DNA of 64,000 nucleotides from Bilabrum cf. latius. Lineage: Eukaryota. The stretch covers positions 620,001-684,000 of the forward strand of contig OZ237751.1 in NCBI GenBank assembly GCA_965178125.1, in the 5' to 3' direction. Positions 39,131 to 50,280 of the stretch are shown here, in pieces (within the stretch, counting starts at the first letter, position 1; each line of letters opens with the position of its first letter). Below the pieces are notes generated by a model. It saw nothing but the letters and a program-made list of their open reading frames with translations, was not told the DNA's origin and ran no database searches. A program made the translations under genes and the position numbers.

Positions 39131-40939
39131 ATGTTTGTTGCGACTATTCTTCTTTTCGAGATAGCTCTCGCGTCTAGTTGCAACCCATCGATGCCCTCTA
39201 TGCGGCCTGCCGTCGAAGATCGCCTGTTTCAGAGCCCGACCGTGGAGTCTTTCGTTGCTCTTGTCGCTGACAAAATCAAGGATCCGGACCTGCAAACCCT
39301 GTTCAAGAATACTTTTCCAAATACGCTGGATACCACTGTTCTCTCCCACGTAAGGGCGCCTGCATCGCTGGGGTGGCAGCAGGCCGAGGTTGTTCCTGAG
39401 TAGCAGGGCAACCCCAGCATGCGGCTTGGAACCGAGAGCAGCGGCGTTGGGCTTGCTGCAGACGGTGGGAATGACACATTCATAGTAACGGGGGACATTC
39501 ATGCGATGTGGCTCCGCGATAGTTACAATCAGGTCAAGCCATACATCGATGTGCTGAGTTCGCTCCGCCGAGGCTTTTCGCACGCCAAGCGCACGGGAGC
39601 GACCGCGGCGGGTAGCACCGAGCAGATCCCAGCATGGGTTCTTCACTCGGGTTTGCAAGTAGAGCAGCCCGATGCACTCGACGAGGCGTTCGCTCGAGCA
39701 GCGCTCCGGGACGGCGCAAACGGCGAGGAGCTTCTGTTTCTGGTCAGCGGGCTCATAGCCCGACAGGCGTCCCAGGTGGCCTTCGACCCGTACGCCAACG
39801 CGTTCTCCATCTCGGCTGACGTCCCGAGCCCGCACGCCGACGACTCCACCACCCGCCCGGCATTCGCCGGCACCACCATTGACGCCATGCAGTCGCCCGT
39901 GTTCGAGCGGAAGTATGAGCTAGACAGCCTCTGCGCCTTTCTGAGGCTTTCTGCAGACTACTACGCCGCCACGGGAGACGTGGGTCCCTTTCTCCAGGGA
40001 ACAACGCAGGGGGACGCCTGGTTGCGCGCCGTGCAGACCGTCCTTGCCACCATGAAGCTGCAGCAGATCGACAGCGCCACGGAAGGGGGAAACCCCCCCT
40101 ACTTCTTCCAGAGAACAACGTCAGAGCCCACGGATTCCCTCGAACACGGGCGGGGTGCCCCCTGCAAGCACACGGGGCTGATCAAGACGGGCTTCCGAGG
40201 GAGCGATGATGCAAGCACATTCCCTTACCTTATCCCTTCCAACGTGATGGCGGTGGGAGCTCTTACCCAGGTGCAGGCCGTGCTGAATGGGCCGGCAGGC
40301 GCGCCCAAGCTGGCAGAAGAGGCCCAGGCCCTGGCGAAGGAAGTGTCAGACGCAATCGAAGCGCACGCACTCATCACACCGGCAGCACCAGCACACTCGT
40401 CACAGTCGCTCCCTGCCCAGTACGCCTACGAGATCGACGGGTTTGGGAACGTGTTCATCGCGGACGATGCAAACATCCCCTCTTTGCTCTCCCTGCCCTT
40501 GCTCAAGCACCCAGGCATCAACGCCAGCACGCCTGCCTACAAGGCTACCCGCGAAGCCGTGCTATCCACCCGAAATCCCTACTACTACAGCGGGTCCGCA
40601 GCGTCGGGGATCGGGGGTCCGCACAACGGCCAGGGCTGGATCTGGCCCATGAGCATCGCGGCCCAGTCGCTCACGAGCGAGGACGAGAAGGAGGTGGGGG
40701 AGTGCCTCGGTACGCTCTTGCAGTCGAGTGCGTGCACAGGGCTGATCCATGAGAGCTTTCGCCTGGATTCATTCGGAACGTTTACCAGGCCTTGGTTCGC
40801 GTGGGCGAACAGCCTTTTTGGGCAGGTTGTCGTGGACGTTTCCCGGCGATTTCCCGGGCTGCTCTCGGAGAAGTCCACTGGCGATTCAACTGCAGCTAGC
40901 GGCAACCGGTTGCGTTCTTGGCGCGACCAGCGGCGGTGA
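39131..40939 (+). CDS. Glycoside hydrolase family 125 (exo-alpha-1,6-mannosidase-like)
   Basis: FPNTLDTTV, TGDIHAMWLRDS, ERKYELDSL, FRGSDD, DDANIPSLL, TRPWFAWANSLF; ORFs 38972 and 39419 are joined by TAG at 39401; signal-like N-terminus. Confidence 0.92.
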
Positions 40940-41252
40940 GCAGGTACAACTGCGATAAGTCGTTTATTGATTGCATTGCGAGGGATATTTTTGCGTTTGC
41001 TTGCTTCAATGTGGGATGGCAGAAGGCCTCGAGACCAGTTCAGGCCACTGGTAGCGGCCTCCCAGGCAGCAGCTGTCACCTTGAATCGCCAAAGGCGAGG
41101 CTCATGCTCGCCGCACGACTAGTGCATCACCGGGATGACGCAATCGCACGGAATGAGCAAAGTCGATCGGTGGACTGATAGGGTGCAGTGCACTACAACG
41201 CCCCGGCTGATGGCGAGGATGAAACTGCACTCGCTCTGGTTTATTTCAAGGC

Positions 41253-43255
41253 ATGTGCAGGCTATTATTGTACAAGGTATGAATCAGTCATTCATAAATT
41301 GTGGTCGCTGGATACCTCCATCGGACGCGTGCTTTATCTTGAGTATTTCGTATTTGCACACACCGCAGGGTCGAACCAAGCGGTAGTCAGTCAGAGCGTC
41401 TGACCTCGTGGTGCACCCGTCCCACTCAATCGTAAAGCAATCATTTGCGTGCACGGAGCGCACATAGTCAGGGGCCGGGGGAGTGCCTCCGCAACTGAAT
41501 GGCGATGGGTTCGGTCTTGCATTCTACTCGGAAAGTCGGCAGGATGCCACAGGAACGGATGCGCCCTCAATGAGCGCGAAAGCACCCACTTCTATGGCCT
41601 TTGCTTAGAACCGGGACGAGGTACCGGGCGTCCTTCGGTCTATCTCGCCTGCATGGAACGACAGCAACCTCAGGTCCATCTCTGAGACCATTTTCACGCG
41701 CACTCTCCTTGCTCACGTGAGGGCCGCCAGTCCGGGCAGCTTGGTCTCTGAAAGCGGATGCCACCCGTTTTCAGCTGGACGGTACTCGTTCATGCACAAC
41801 GGATACATTGCTGGGTACAAGTACGTCAGGAAGGCGATGCTTGCGGCAACCTCGGAGCTGGCGTTCGAGCAAGTGCGCAGCGCCGTGGACAGCGAGGCCA
41901 TGTTCGGCTTAATCCTCACAGAAATCGAGAAGGAAGCACCGAGGAACGAGTACCTTTCCCCGGATCGCCTGGGCGACTGCGTGCGCCGATCCATCCGCAT
42001 ACTGGAAGGGATATGCGCGAGTGTTGGGCGAGGAGCTGGTATCGGCTCGCTGCTCAACCTGGTCCTGACAGACGGGAAGAGCGTGGTGGTGACCCGCTAC
42101 GCGATCGGAATGGAAACCACGCCGGCTAGTCTGTACTACGCAGTCGGGACGGATTGGGTTCGGCTGGACGATGCCCGTGGCGACGCTCCCAGTGGTCCAA
42201 GTGCCTGTAGCCGGGCGGGGGCACAGGCAGCGAAAGCAGTAGAAGAGGAAGAACAAGAGGCCAGCGATGAATACACCATGCTGTGCAGCCGTAGACATCC
42301 CGACGTGCTGATCGTCGCATCGGAGAGGCTCACATCCGGCTCATATTGGAGGTCCGTGCCCAAGAACTCCATGATGGTGTGCGACGAGAACGTGGTGCTC
42401 TCCATCCTGCCCGTCCCGCAGCACCGCGTCGCTAGCCATGGGGTTGCCACTGATGGTGTGACGAGTGGTATTATGGACTCCGAGTCGGAAGGAGCCGGTC
42501 CGCTCGCCATCGGCGCCGTCACAAAGATCATCCTTCACCCCCAGGTGCACCCGCGTCCACCCTCAGAGGCCGCTGCTCGGGGAGCCAGAGCCAGCGATGA
42601 CAGCGCGGGCGAAGAATCGCCCGTGCGGACGTATAGTCACCGCAAATTGTCGTAGAGAGACCTTGGCAGAGGTACCGGCACGTTGGGCTTGCTGGCTGCT
42701 GCACCACCCGAGCCAGCCACCGACGCATCGGTCGTACTACCGTCACTGGCAGGGGGGTCTCCAGAGCAAGCGGGCGACAGAGACGACAGCAGCAGTATCA
42801 GTGCAAGCACGGTAGACGTACCGGAAGTAGAATACGTTGCATCGCACGGTGCAGCTGTCGACGACGATTCTGACGAACAGATCGGTGCCGGTGATCCCCT
42901 GCAGGCAACGTTGGCGCAGGACCGCGCATGGCTCGCTCGGAACAACGCCATTCGACAGCTCGCGGAACAGGCGCAATTTGCAAGATAGGCTGCCATGGAG
43001 GCGGGAGAAGGGCCTCCCGCGGGGCATTGTCTCGGCGGTGCGGGGCTACTTCGCCAGTCGCCTGGCAGTCGCCGGGAGTCTGCGGCCAGCTAGAATTCCA
43101 GCAATGGCGGGGCCTCCAGGGCACACCGGATGCTTTCCGACGGAGAACTGGTAGGGCGACTCGCTAGCCTTCGGAGGTAGCCGAGCGAGCTGTTTGCTAG
43201 GCCGATGGCCGGTCCTAGGGCGGGGAGCTCGGTGGAGGTGGAGGGCGGCACGTGA
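41253..43255 (+). CDS. Class II (Ntn) glutamine amidotransferase, DUG3/EgtC-like; exons 41253-41276, 41369-43255
   Basis: N-terminal MCR, NGDGFG, PAWNDSNL, AHVRAA, CHPF, FMHNG, VDSE, VASERL; several in-frame TAGs; first TGA at 43253. Confidence 0.88.
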
Positions 43256-43610
43256 TCCTTCTCTTGGGATCGTGGAAGTGAGAGCGAATCGATCCTAATT
43301 CTAACGCCGTATGAGGTTCGTTGTTGATGTCAGAGTGGGAGCGCGGGAACGTCTCGTTGGGTTCCGCTGGCGGTCGCAACCGGTCGCAACAGGGAAGGTG
43401 CGACCAAGCCAACGGATTGCTTTACGATGGATCGCATGTCCTCTCTGTGTTCAAGAGAGGGGCGGAAATTGGCAGATTTTTTTTGAAATTCCCGGCTTCA
43501 TATCCCATGAAAATAGGAATGTCACAATGGCTACCGCCGGGACCGGCAAGCGGGCGCCTTCTCGAGATACCAGCACCACTGTCAACTCGACCTTACATGT
43601 TGTTGCCAAT

Positions 43611-44863
43611 TCACTCCTTCAGGACCCGCTTGCCCATGTTCATGAAGCTGTAGGGGTAGGGTGCCTCCACGCTGCTCTTCTCGTCGAGTGCCTTGAGCTC
43701 CTCCTCCGTGAGCTTGGGCGCGTGCTCTCCAGCGTATCCCGCCTTCATGTTGTCCTCCAAGTGGGCCATTTTCTTGGCTCCGATGAGGATCGATGACACT
43801 GGGGCGTGCTTTTGGTCCAGCAGCCAGCGCAGTGCCATGGTAGGGGTGCTCTGCTTCTTGCCCTCTGCGATCGTCTTGAGCTCGTCGATGACGTCCCACG
43901 CGAAGTGGGAGCCGTCCTCGATCTTGGGCAGGTTGTTGCCGCTGCCTCCCGCCTTGGCGTACGTCGCGAGCCTCCCTTCGGATTTCTCGGCCTCTGCCGT
44001 GCCCGGCCTCGCGTACTTGCCGCTGAGCAGGCCACCGCTGAGCGGGCTCCAGGGAACAACGCCCAGGCCCTCCTCCTCGCACACTCGGAGCACCTCCCAT
44101 TCGGTGGAGCGGCACAGGAGCGAGTACTGGGCCTGGACGCACACGGGGCGGGGGCAGCCGTGGCGGTCGCAAGCGTAGAGGAGCTTCATGATCTAGAAGC
44201 CAGCAAAGTTGCTCAGCCCCCAATGGTGGATTTTTCCAGATGCGATCAGATCCCGGAAGGTCATCGCCACGCGGTCCACGTCAACAGACGAATCGACCAC
44301 GTGAATGTACAGTAGGTCGATGGTCTTTACTCCGAGACGCTTCAGGGATCCGCCCACAGCAGTATTTACCCACTTTCGGCCGGTTCCCCTCATGTTTGGG
44401 GTGGGCCCCTTGGGGAACGATAGCTTCGTGGCAAGGACGATTTCACTGCGGACTGCCTCGGTTTGCTTGTTGAGCCACCGCCCGACAATCTCCTCGGATT
44501 GACCACCAGTATCTGCTTTTAATAAGCAATTTAATTTTGCGGGGCTTCATGCAGAGGTAGCGGCAAGACATGTCGCACTAGCACGTCCTGCCTCGAAAGA
44601 TCGCAGTCGGGAAGAGTCTCAGAACGGCAGGTCTCACATCCGTCAGCAGTGTCGATGTGGTTGCCACCGGCGGCAAGGTATGTATCAAGAAGTTTGTGAG
44701 CCGCTTCTTCGTCAACGCCGCCCATCAGGCCGCGCACCGACAGGTCTCCGAAGGTCATTGTCCCGAAGCCTATGGTGCTCACTGCAAGCCCCGATTTGCC
44801 GAGGAAACGATATCCGAGCTTCGGCTTGGCCTCTCCGGCGCCTCCACTTGCTGCTGAAGCCAT
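43611..44863 (-). CDS. Aldo/keto reductase; exons 44863-44638, 44512-43611
   Basis: LGKSGLAVSTIGFGTMTFG, DTADGY, VLATK, SLKRLGVKTIDLLYIH, GLSNFAGF[TAG]IMK, QAQYSLL, PWSPLSGGLL; TGA stop. Confidence 0.94.
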
Positions 44864-45184
44864 CGCGATCCACTTGGGGGGCTCGAAAGAATGGGAGAAT
44901 GATGCGTGACGGGGCAATCATGTCGACGTCACCGTAGAATTGTTCGGTGCGGTTCTGCTGACTCGCCGGCGGGAATTCGATTTGTTCGAATTTCTCGGCT
45001 GCGGCTCCTTGGTGCATGCACACTGGACTGGATGCAAGAGAGCGAACACAGAAGATAGTGAGTCCGACACTCTTGAACAGAGTATCTCATAACATAATGC
45101 AAGATGCAAGCGCGCTTAGTGCATTACGGCATGTTGCGGCACTCGGGTCCGCCGCACACGCACGCACTATGTGCTGATCAACAA

Positions 45185-48100
45185 TTACGGGTTGTAGTTG
45201 GTAAACCCAGCCGGCTGTCCTCCCGGCGGGGATCCAACACCCATGGCAGGTCCTCCACCACCAATCGGTGCCGCAAACCCGGGCCCACCCGCGGTCAGCG
45301 GCTGCGGGGCAGCACCGGCTCCGCCACCAGCTGGTGGCTGCGACAAATTTGCTCCATTCGCAGCAGCTAGGTCCGCACCGGGGTACCCCACCGCCGGTCC
45401 TACAGGCGCACCAGCTCCGTTCTGCCCCGCCCCGGTCATGGGGTTCTGGATCGTCTCCTCCGTGGCGTTGGGCCCCTTGTACGATGAGATGCCCTTGGAT
45501 TTGCTGCCAAAGCAGGGCTCCAAGAACCCCGGCACCGGCTGCTTCATGATCGCGAACCAGTAGTACGCCCCGCCCACACCTCCTAGCAGCAGCACCACCA
45601 CAATCACCGCCGCGATGATCCCACCGGACCCGCCCCCGCCCTTATCCCCGCCGCCTGTGCCGTTACCCGCCGCGGAGGGCGACGGGCTCGAGCCGAAGGA
45701 CGGCGAGACGCTCGGCGTTACGGAGGGCGTGGGCGACACTGATGGGGATGGCGAGGGTGCCAGTGCGCCAGAGATCCCGCCACCGACGTCCCTAAGGTAC
45801 GGCGAGCCGCTGTCGCATAGAGGCTGCTCGTCGGCGGACTGGGGAACAAGGTACAGCTGCGGCAGGATGGAGCATGTGCCAGTCCCCGGGTCGATCTCAC
45901 CCTTGCGCATCTCCAGTCGGAACCCGTTGGATCCCGAAACCCTCTGAAACTCGAGGCACGTGGTGCCGTCCTCGATCAGCTGTGTCTGTCCCGCGTTGTT
46001 CCTCCTGAACTGCCACAGGCTGCCGAAGAGCCTGAGCCTGGAGCTCGTGGATCCCGCGCCTGGCTCCATGGTCAGCAGTGCGGTCATGTTGATCATCTGC
46101 TCCTCGATTTCCTGTAGGTTGGACGTATCAGGCCGGATGGAGTTCCACACCGCCTGCCCTCGAACCGCGATGTCGATGCAGTCGCCCACGTCTGGCCTGC
46201 GCTGGTACACGCCCAGCAACTCGAATGGGATGTTGGCCGTGGCGAACTCGCCGTCGCGGAACTGGAATGGACACGACACCTCCCCGCCGTCCAGCTCGTA
46301 TATGGTCCTGTACTCCATGGGCAGCTGGTCCGGACAGGGTGCGGCAAGATCCAGATCAAGTGCCAGGCCGGCCTCTCTCACCTGCGTGGCATTTGTGCTC
46401 ATGAACATGGCGGGCCCGGACCCATCCGCGCCCGTCCGGCGGATCAGCACGCACTTCCGCGACTGCGTGGGCTGCCCCTCGGAGTCTCTCTCCTCCGGTG
46501 GCACCTCAACTAGCGAAATGACCCTGTACCACCCTGCGTATGGGCCAGACGTGATCTCGCCGGCGCCGATGACCCGGTCCAGCTCTTCTTGCAGGGGCTG
46601 CACCCCGTTGCTAGGATCCACGATCCTCGACGCGACCGACAGGGTGCTTCCTGCGTCCTCAGGGTCCACGTTAATCTCGATGCATCCGGAGGAGCCCGTG
46701 GGCAGCACCTGACTCGTGAAGTTGAGCGTCTCGCCGCCGAAGACGCCCCAGAACTCTTCCTCCACTGTGCCGGGGCTTGGGGGCCCGGTCGGCTCCCTGG
46801 TGCATTTGTTGGACACGGTGCTCTGCACGAATACCTGGGTAGCCCCCGCATCCCGAGCGGCATCCGAGGGACATCCGTCGGGAGTGCTGGCACCCGAGTT
46901 CTCCTGCGACCCAAGGATCATCAGCAGCGTCTTGCCGCCCGCAAAGTCCTCCTCCTTGATGTACCCGCACGTGAGCTGGGAACCCTGGTCAACGGCCTCG
47001 CCCTCGATCGTGAAGTACTCCCTGTGCTCGATGGCCTGGAATTTGATCCAGTCCTTCCACGCGCCTTCAGTGACGTTCTGCGCGGTACTAATGAAGTAGC
47101 TGTCCTCCGTGGCGTTACGGGTGGACAGCTGCCTGTAGATGCGCAGGCTGGTGCTGAACACGTCAACCCCGAGGCAGTCCACGCCCCCTCCCCCAACACC
47201 CTTGAAGTACCCCTGCACACTGGCTGAGAGGGTCGTCCCGGGGGTGTCTCCGGCCGAGGGGCCCTGCGGCCCACGGGCGCCCGGGGCGCGGCCGTCCTCC
47301 ATGCATTGCACTGCAGGCGACTCCCGGTAGCCCACGAACCTGTCCGTGTCGGAGCGCCCCTCCGTTGGGGACTCCATGCACGTCTTGCGCGGGTCTGGAT
47401 TCAGCTGGGCGGTGATCTCCTGCTTTGAGGAATCAAAAAAGAGGTAGGCACACCCCTGGAACGACTCTGCGGTGGACGGTTCCGAGTTGCCTGCCTGCAG
47501 CGTGGACACGCTAATCGGGCCGGTCACGCGGGTCCACCCCGCCCAGGGCTCTGCCACCTCCGAGCTGGGGCTGGGCGTGGGACTCACGGAGGGTGTTGCC
47601 GAGCTTGAAGTACCCGGGGTCGTGCTTGCCGTGGGAGACGGCGAGCTCGTCACATTGGAGGTGGGGCTCGCGCTCGTGGTGGGGGCCGGGGTGGAGCTGG
47701 ATGAGGGCGAGGGCAGAACCACCGCGGTGGCCGTCTCAAACTCCATGCTGTAGTTCTGCTGCACCTTCTGCCCTGATCCGAGCACATACCTTTGCCTGTA
47801 TGCAAGGGATCCCGAGATCCTGCCCCCCGGGTTTCCGCTCGTTTGCCTCGTCCCGAAATCGAGCTGCCTGCAGCCGCGGTTCCGGGAGCCCTCTGGCACG
47901 TCGTCCACAGAGACGAAATGACCACCAAAGAGGCCCTGCGGGTCGGTCAGATTAGCTCTCGAGGTGATCTAGAGAGGGCTGTTGCGAGCGTCGAGGCATG
48001 CCCTTGCAGTATCCGTCGTCAGGTGCAGCAATGACATGCTCCGCATGTCAGCGGGGCAGGTGCCGTCGGTGCGCACTGCCACCATGACGGACCTCCCCTC

Positions 48101-48511
48101 GTCCACGATCCGCAAATAGGCGCACACAAGTGCATCATTGCCTGGCTGGAACGCCTGCGGCCTGCTGTACGTGTTGGTTTCGTACGACGCTGGAAGCACT
48201 GTCACGTTGACCCAACCAGCCCACATCGTGCTGTTGTCGGCCAGTGATACGGTCCTCGAGTTCCTTTGACTGGTCCATCGATTGATACGGTCCTAATTAA
48301 ATGACAACTCCGAAGATACCAGCTGAAAATTATCTAAGCCGGCACTGAAGTCCACGGACACACAGCTTCGTGTGGCAATACTTTGCCCTTCGAATATGGT
48401 CTCAACGTTCCTGTCAAACACCCATTTTCCACCTAGCGTAGGAACATCTTGAGACATTACAGAGAGAGCCAAGGCTCCGAATAACAGCAGCGCTCCCTGA
48501 GAGCGCTGCAT
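45185..48511 (-). CDS. Type I membrane/cell-surface protein with Cys-containing ectodomain modules and S/P/T linkers (~1108 aa)
   Basis: Signal peptide MQRSQGALLLFGALALSVMS; ORFs 48293, 47969 and 45185 share a frame and are joined by TAGs; TM IIAAVIVVVLLLGGVGGAYYW; TAA stop. Confidence 0.85.
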
Positions 48512-48847
48512 GGCTGTTTGCACTCCACGTGAAGTTGCTAGCCGTGATCGTTCTGGAGCGAGTGGATGCATCATGGTGCCCCCACGGATACCTTTGGGTG
48601 TCAACTAGATTATTTACTAGTTAGATACAGTGGTTGTAGGTCCCCTTATCGAGAATTGCACTCCCCTTGCTAATCCTGGCCTGATTTGACTATGACGCGG
48701 CGCTTGGCGCGCCCAACGGAAGGTGTGCGGAACCAACGCGCGGCGCCGATGCATATCCGGAATCCGACAAACAGAATCGTATTTTGCCGCTGAACAACAG
48801 TTTGATTGCTCCTGCTTGACTTTGCTATGTAGAATGATCAATACAGT

Positions 48848-49891
48848 ATGAGTGGGGTGGCGAGATAGGCGTGGTTGGCCGCGAGGCCTTTCGTTGCGGG
48901 TGCGATGGCAACCACCGGCGCTGTGATCCTTTCCAATCCGGCTGAGACTGTGAAAACCAGGCTGTAGCTTGCGAGAGAGCTAGGTGTATCATCCGGTGGG
49001 GCTCAGTACCGGGGCTTTTTCGATGCTTTCCGCTAGATTGTTCGCAACGAGGGTCTGGCAGGTTTGCAAGGCGGGCTGGCGCCTGCGATCTTGTTCTAGG
49101 TCGCGATGAATGGGACCCGGCTTGGATCGTACCCATTCTTTGAGAATTTTTATAGGACCGCGCTGGGCTTGCCTGAACACGGTTAGCTGGGTCGGGATGA
49201 TGGGGCAGGCCAGATGCAGAGCAGGCTGTCCACCTTTGGTGCTAAACTTGGCGCTGGCGGCACGGCAGGCATGCTTGGTGCGTTTGTCGGGTCACCGTTC
49301 AACCTCGTGAAATGCAGGTTGCAAGGGCAGAGCTCGCACTTCAAGGCCAGGGAGAGCTACAACTACTCTGGATTCGGCGAGGCGTTGAGGGACATCTACA
49401 GAGAGGGCGGGGTCCGAGGGCTGTGGCGGGGCGCCACGGCCTCCATGATGCGAATAGCAGTGGGAAGTGCGGTGCAGCTGTCCGTGTACGATTCAATCAA
49501 AGGAGCTATCCTGCATTGGACCGGCGCGTCCGAGGGGGTCGGCGTTCACCTGGGAGCCTCCCTGCTAACCGGAGTTATCGTCACGGTGTGCATGAATCCA
49601 TTGGATGTCGTAAGCACACGTGTGTACAATGCCAGGCCTGGATTTTACAAGGGTCTCGGAGATTGCTTCCGACGGACGCTAGCGGCAGAGGGCGTGACCG
49701 GACTCTACAAAGGTCTCGCCGCCCACTACATTAGGCTGGGTCCCCACACCGTGTACACGTTTGTTTTGCTGGAGCAATGCAAGATTCTTCTGGGGATACA
49801 ACCGCGGTAGGTGAGCAGAGCTACAGCTGGAAGCTCAAGCGGTGTTGGCAGTGTGGCTGCCACTGGCACGGGGTCCGACAAGTCTGCATGA
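48848..49891 (+). CDS. Mitochondrial carrier (SLC25), OAC1/SLC25A34-35-like
   Basis: Three carrier signatures: NPAETVKTRL[TAG]L, SPFNLVKCRLQ, NPLDVVSTR; also GLQGGLAPAILF[TAG]VAMNGTRLG and RLGPHT. 3' end assumes readthrough of TAG at 49808 to TGA at 49889. Confidence 0.9.
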
Positions 49892-50280
49892 AAAATAGTG
49901 TGCTTAGCTTGAAGTGTACACCCTATTTTCTTTTTTGTGTCGCTAATTAATGCCAATTTTCATGCTGAAGTGGAACTGCGTGGAATTCAGCTGCCTGGTT
50001 GCGAATGCGACCACCCTGCCACCATAAGACGACGACAAAGCGCGCACTTTGTCTTTCTTATTGACGAGGGGGGAGGGCTAGTCTTGCCATGTCTGCAGCG
50101 ACTCGCTGCATTCATGGGTTGATTGCATTGGATTGATTCGGTTGCGGCCACGCTTCGATCTGATAGTGGACCCTTGCAGGCCGTCCTTCGGGGAATGTCA
50201 CAGCGAACCTAAAAAAGTACAAATGCAAGCGACAAGCGATCCATCTTGACATGATGAAAAGATTGAGCTTAGAGCCAGTC

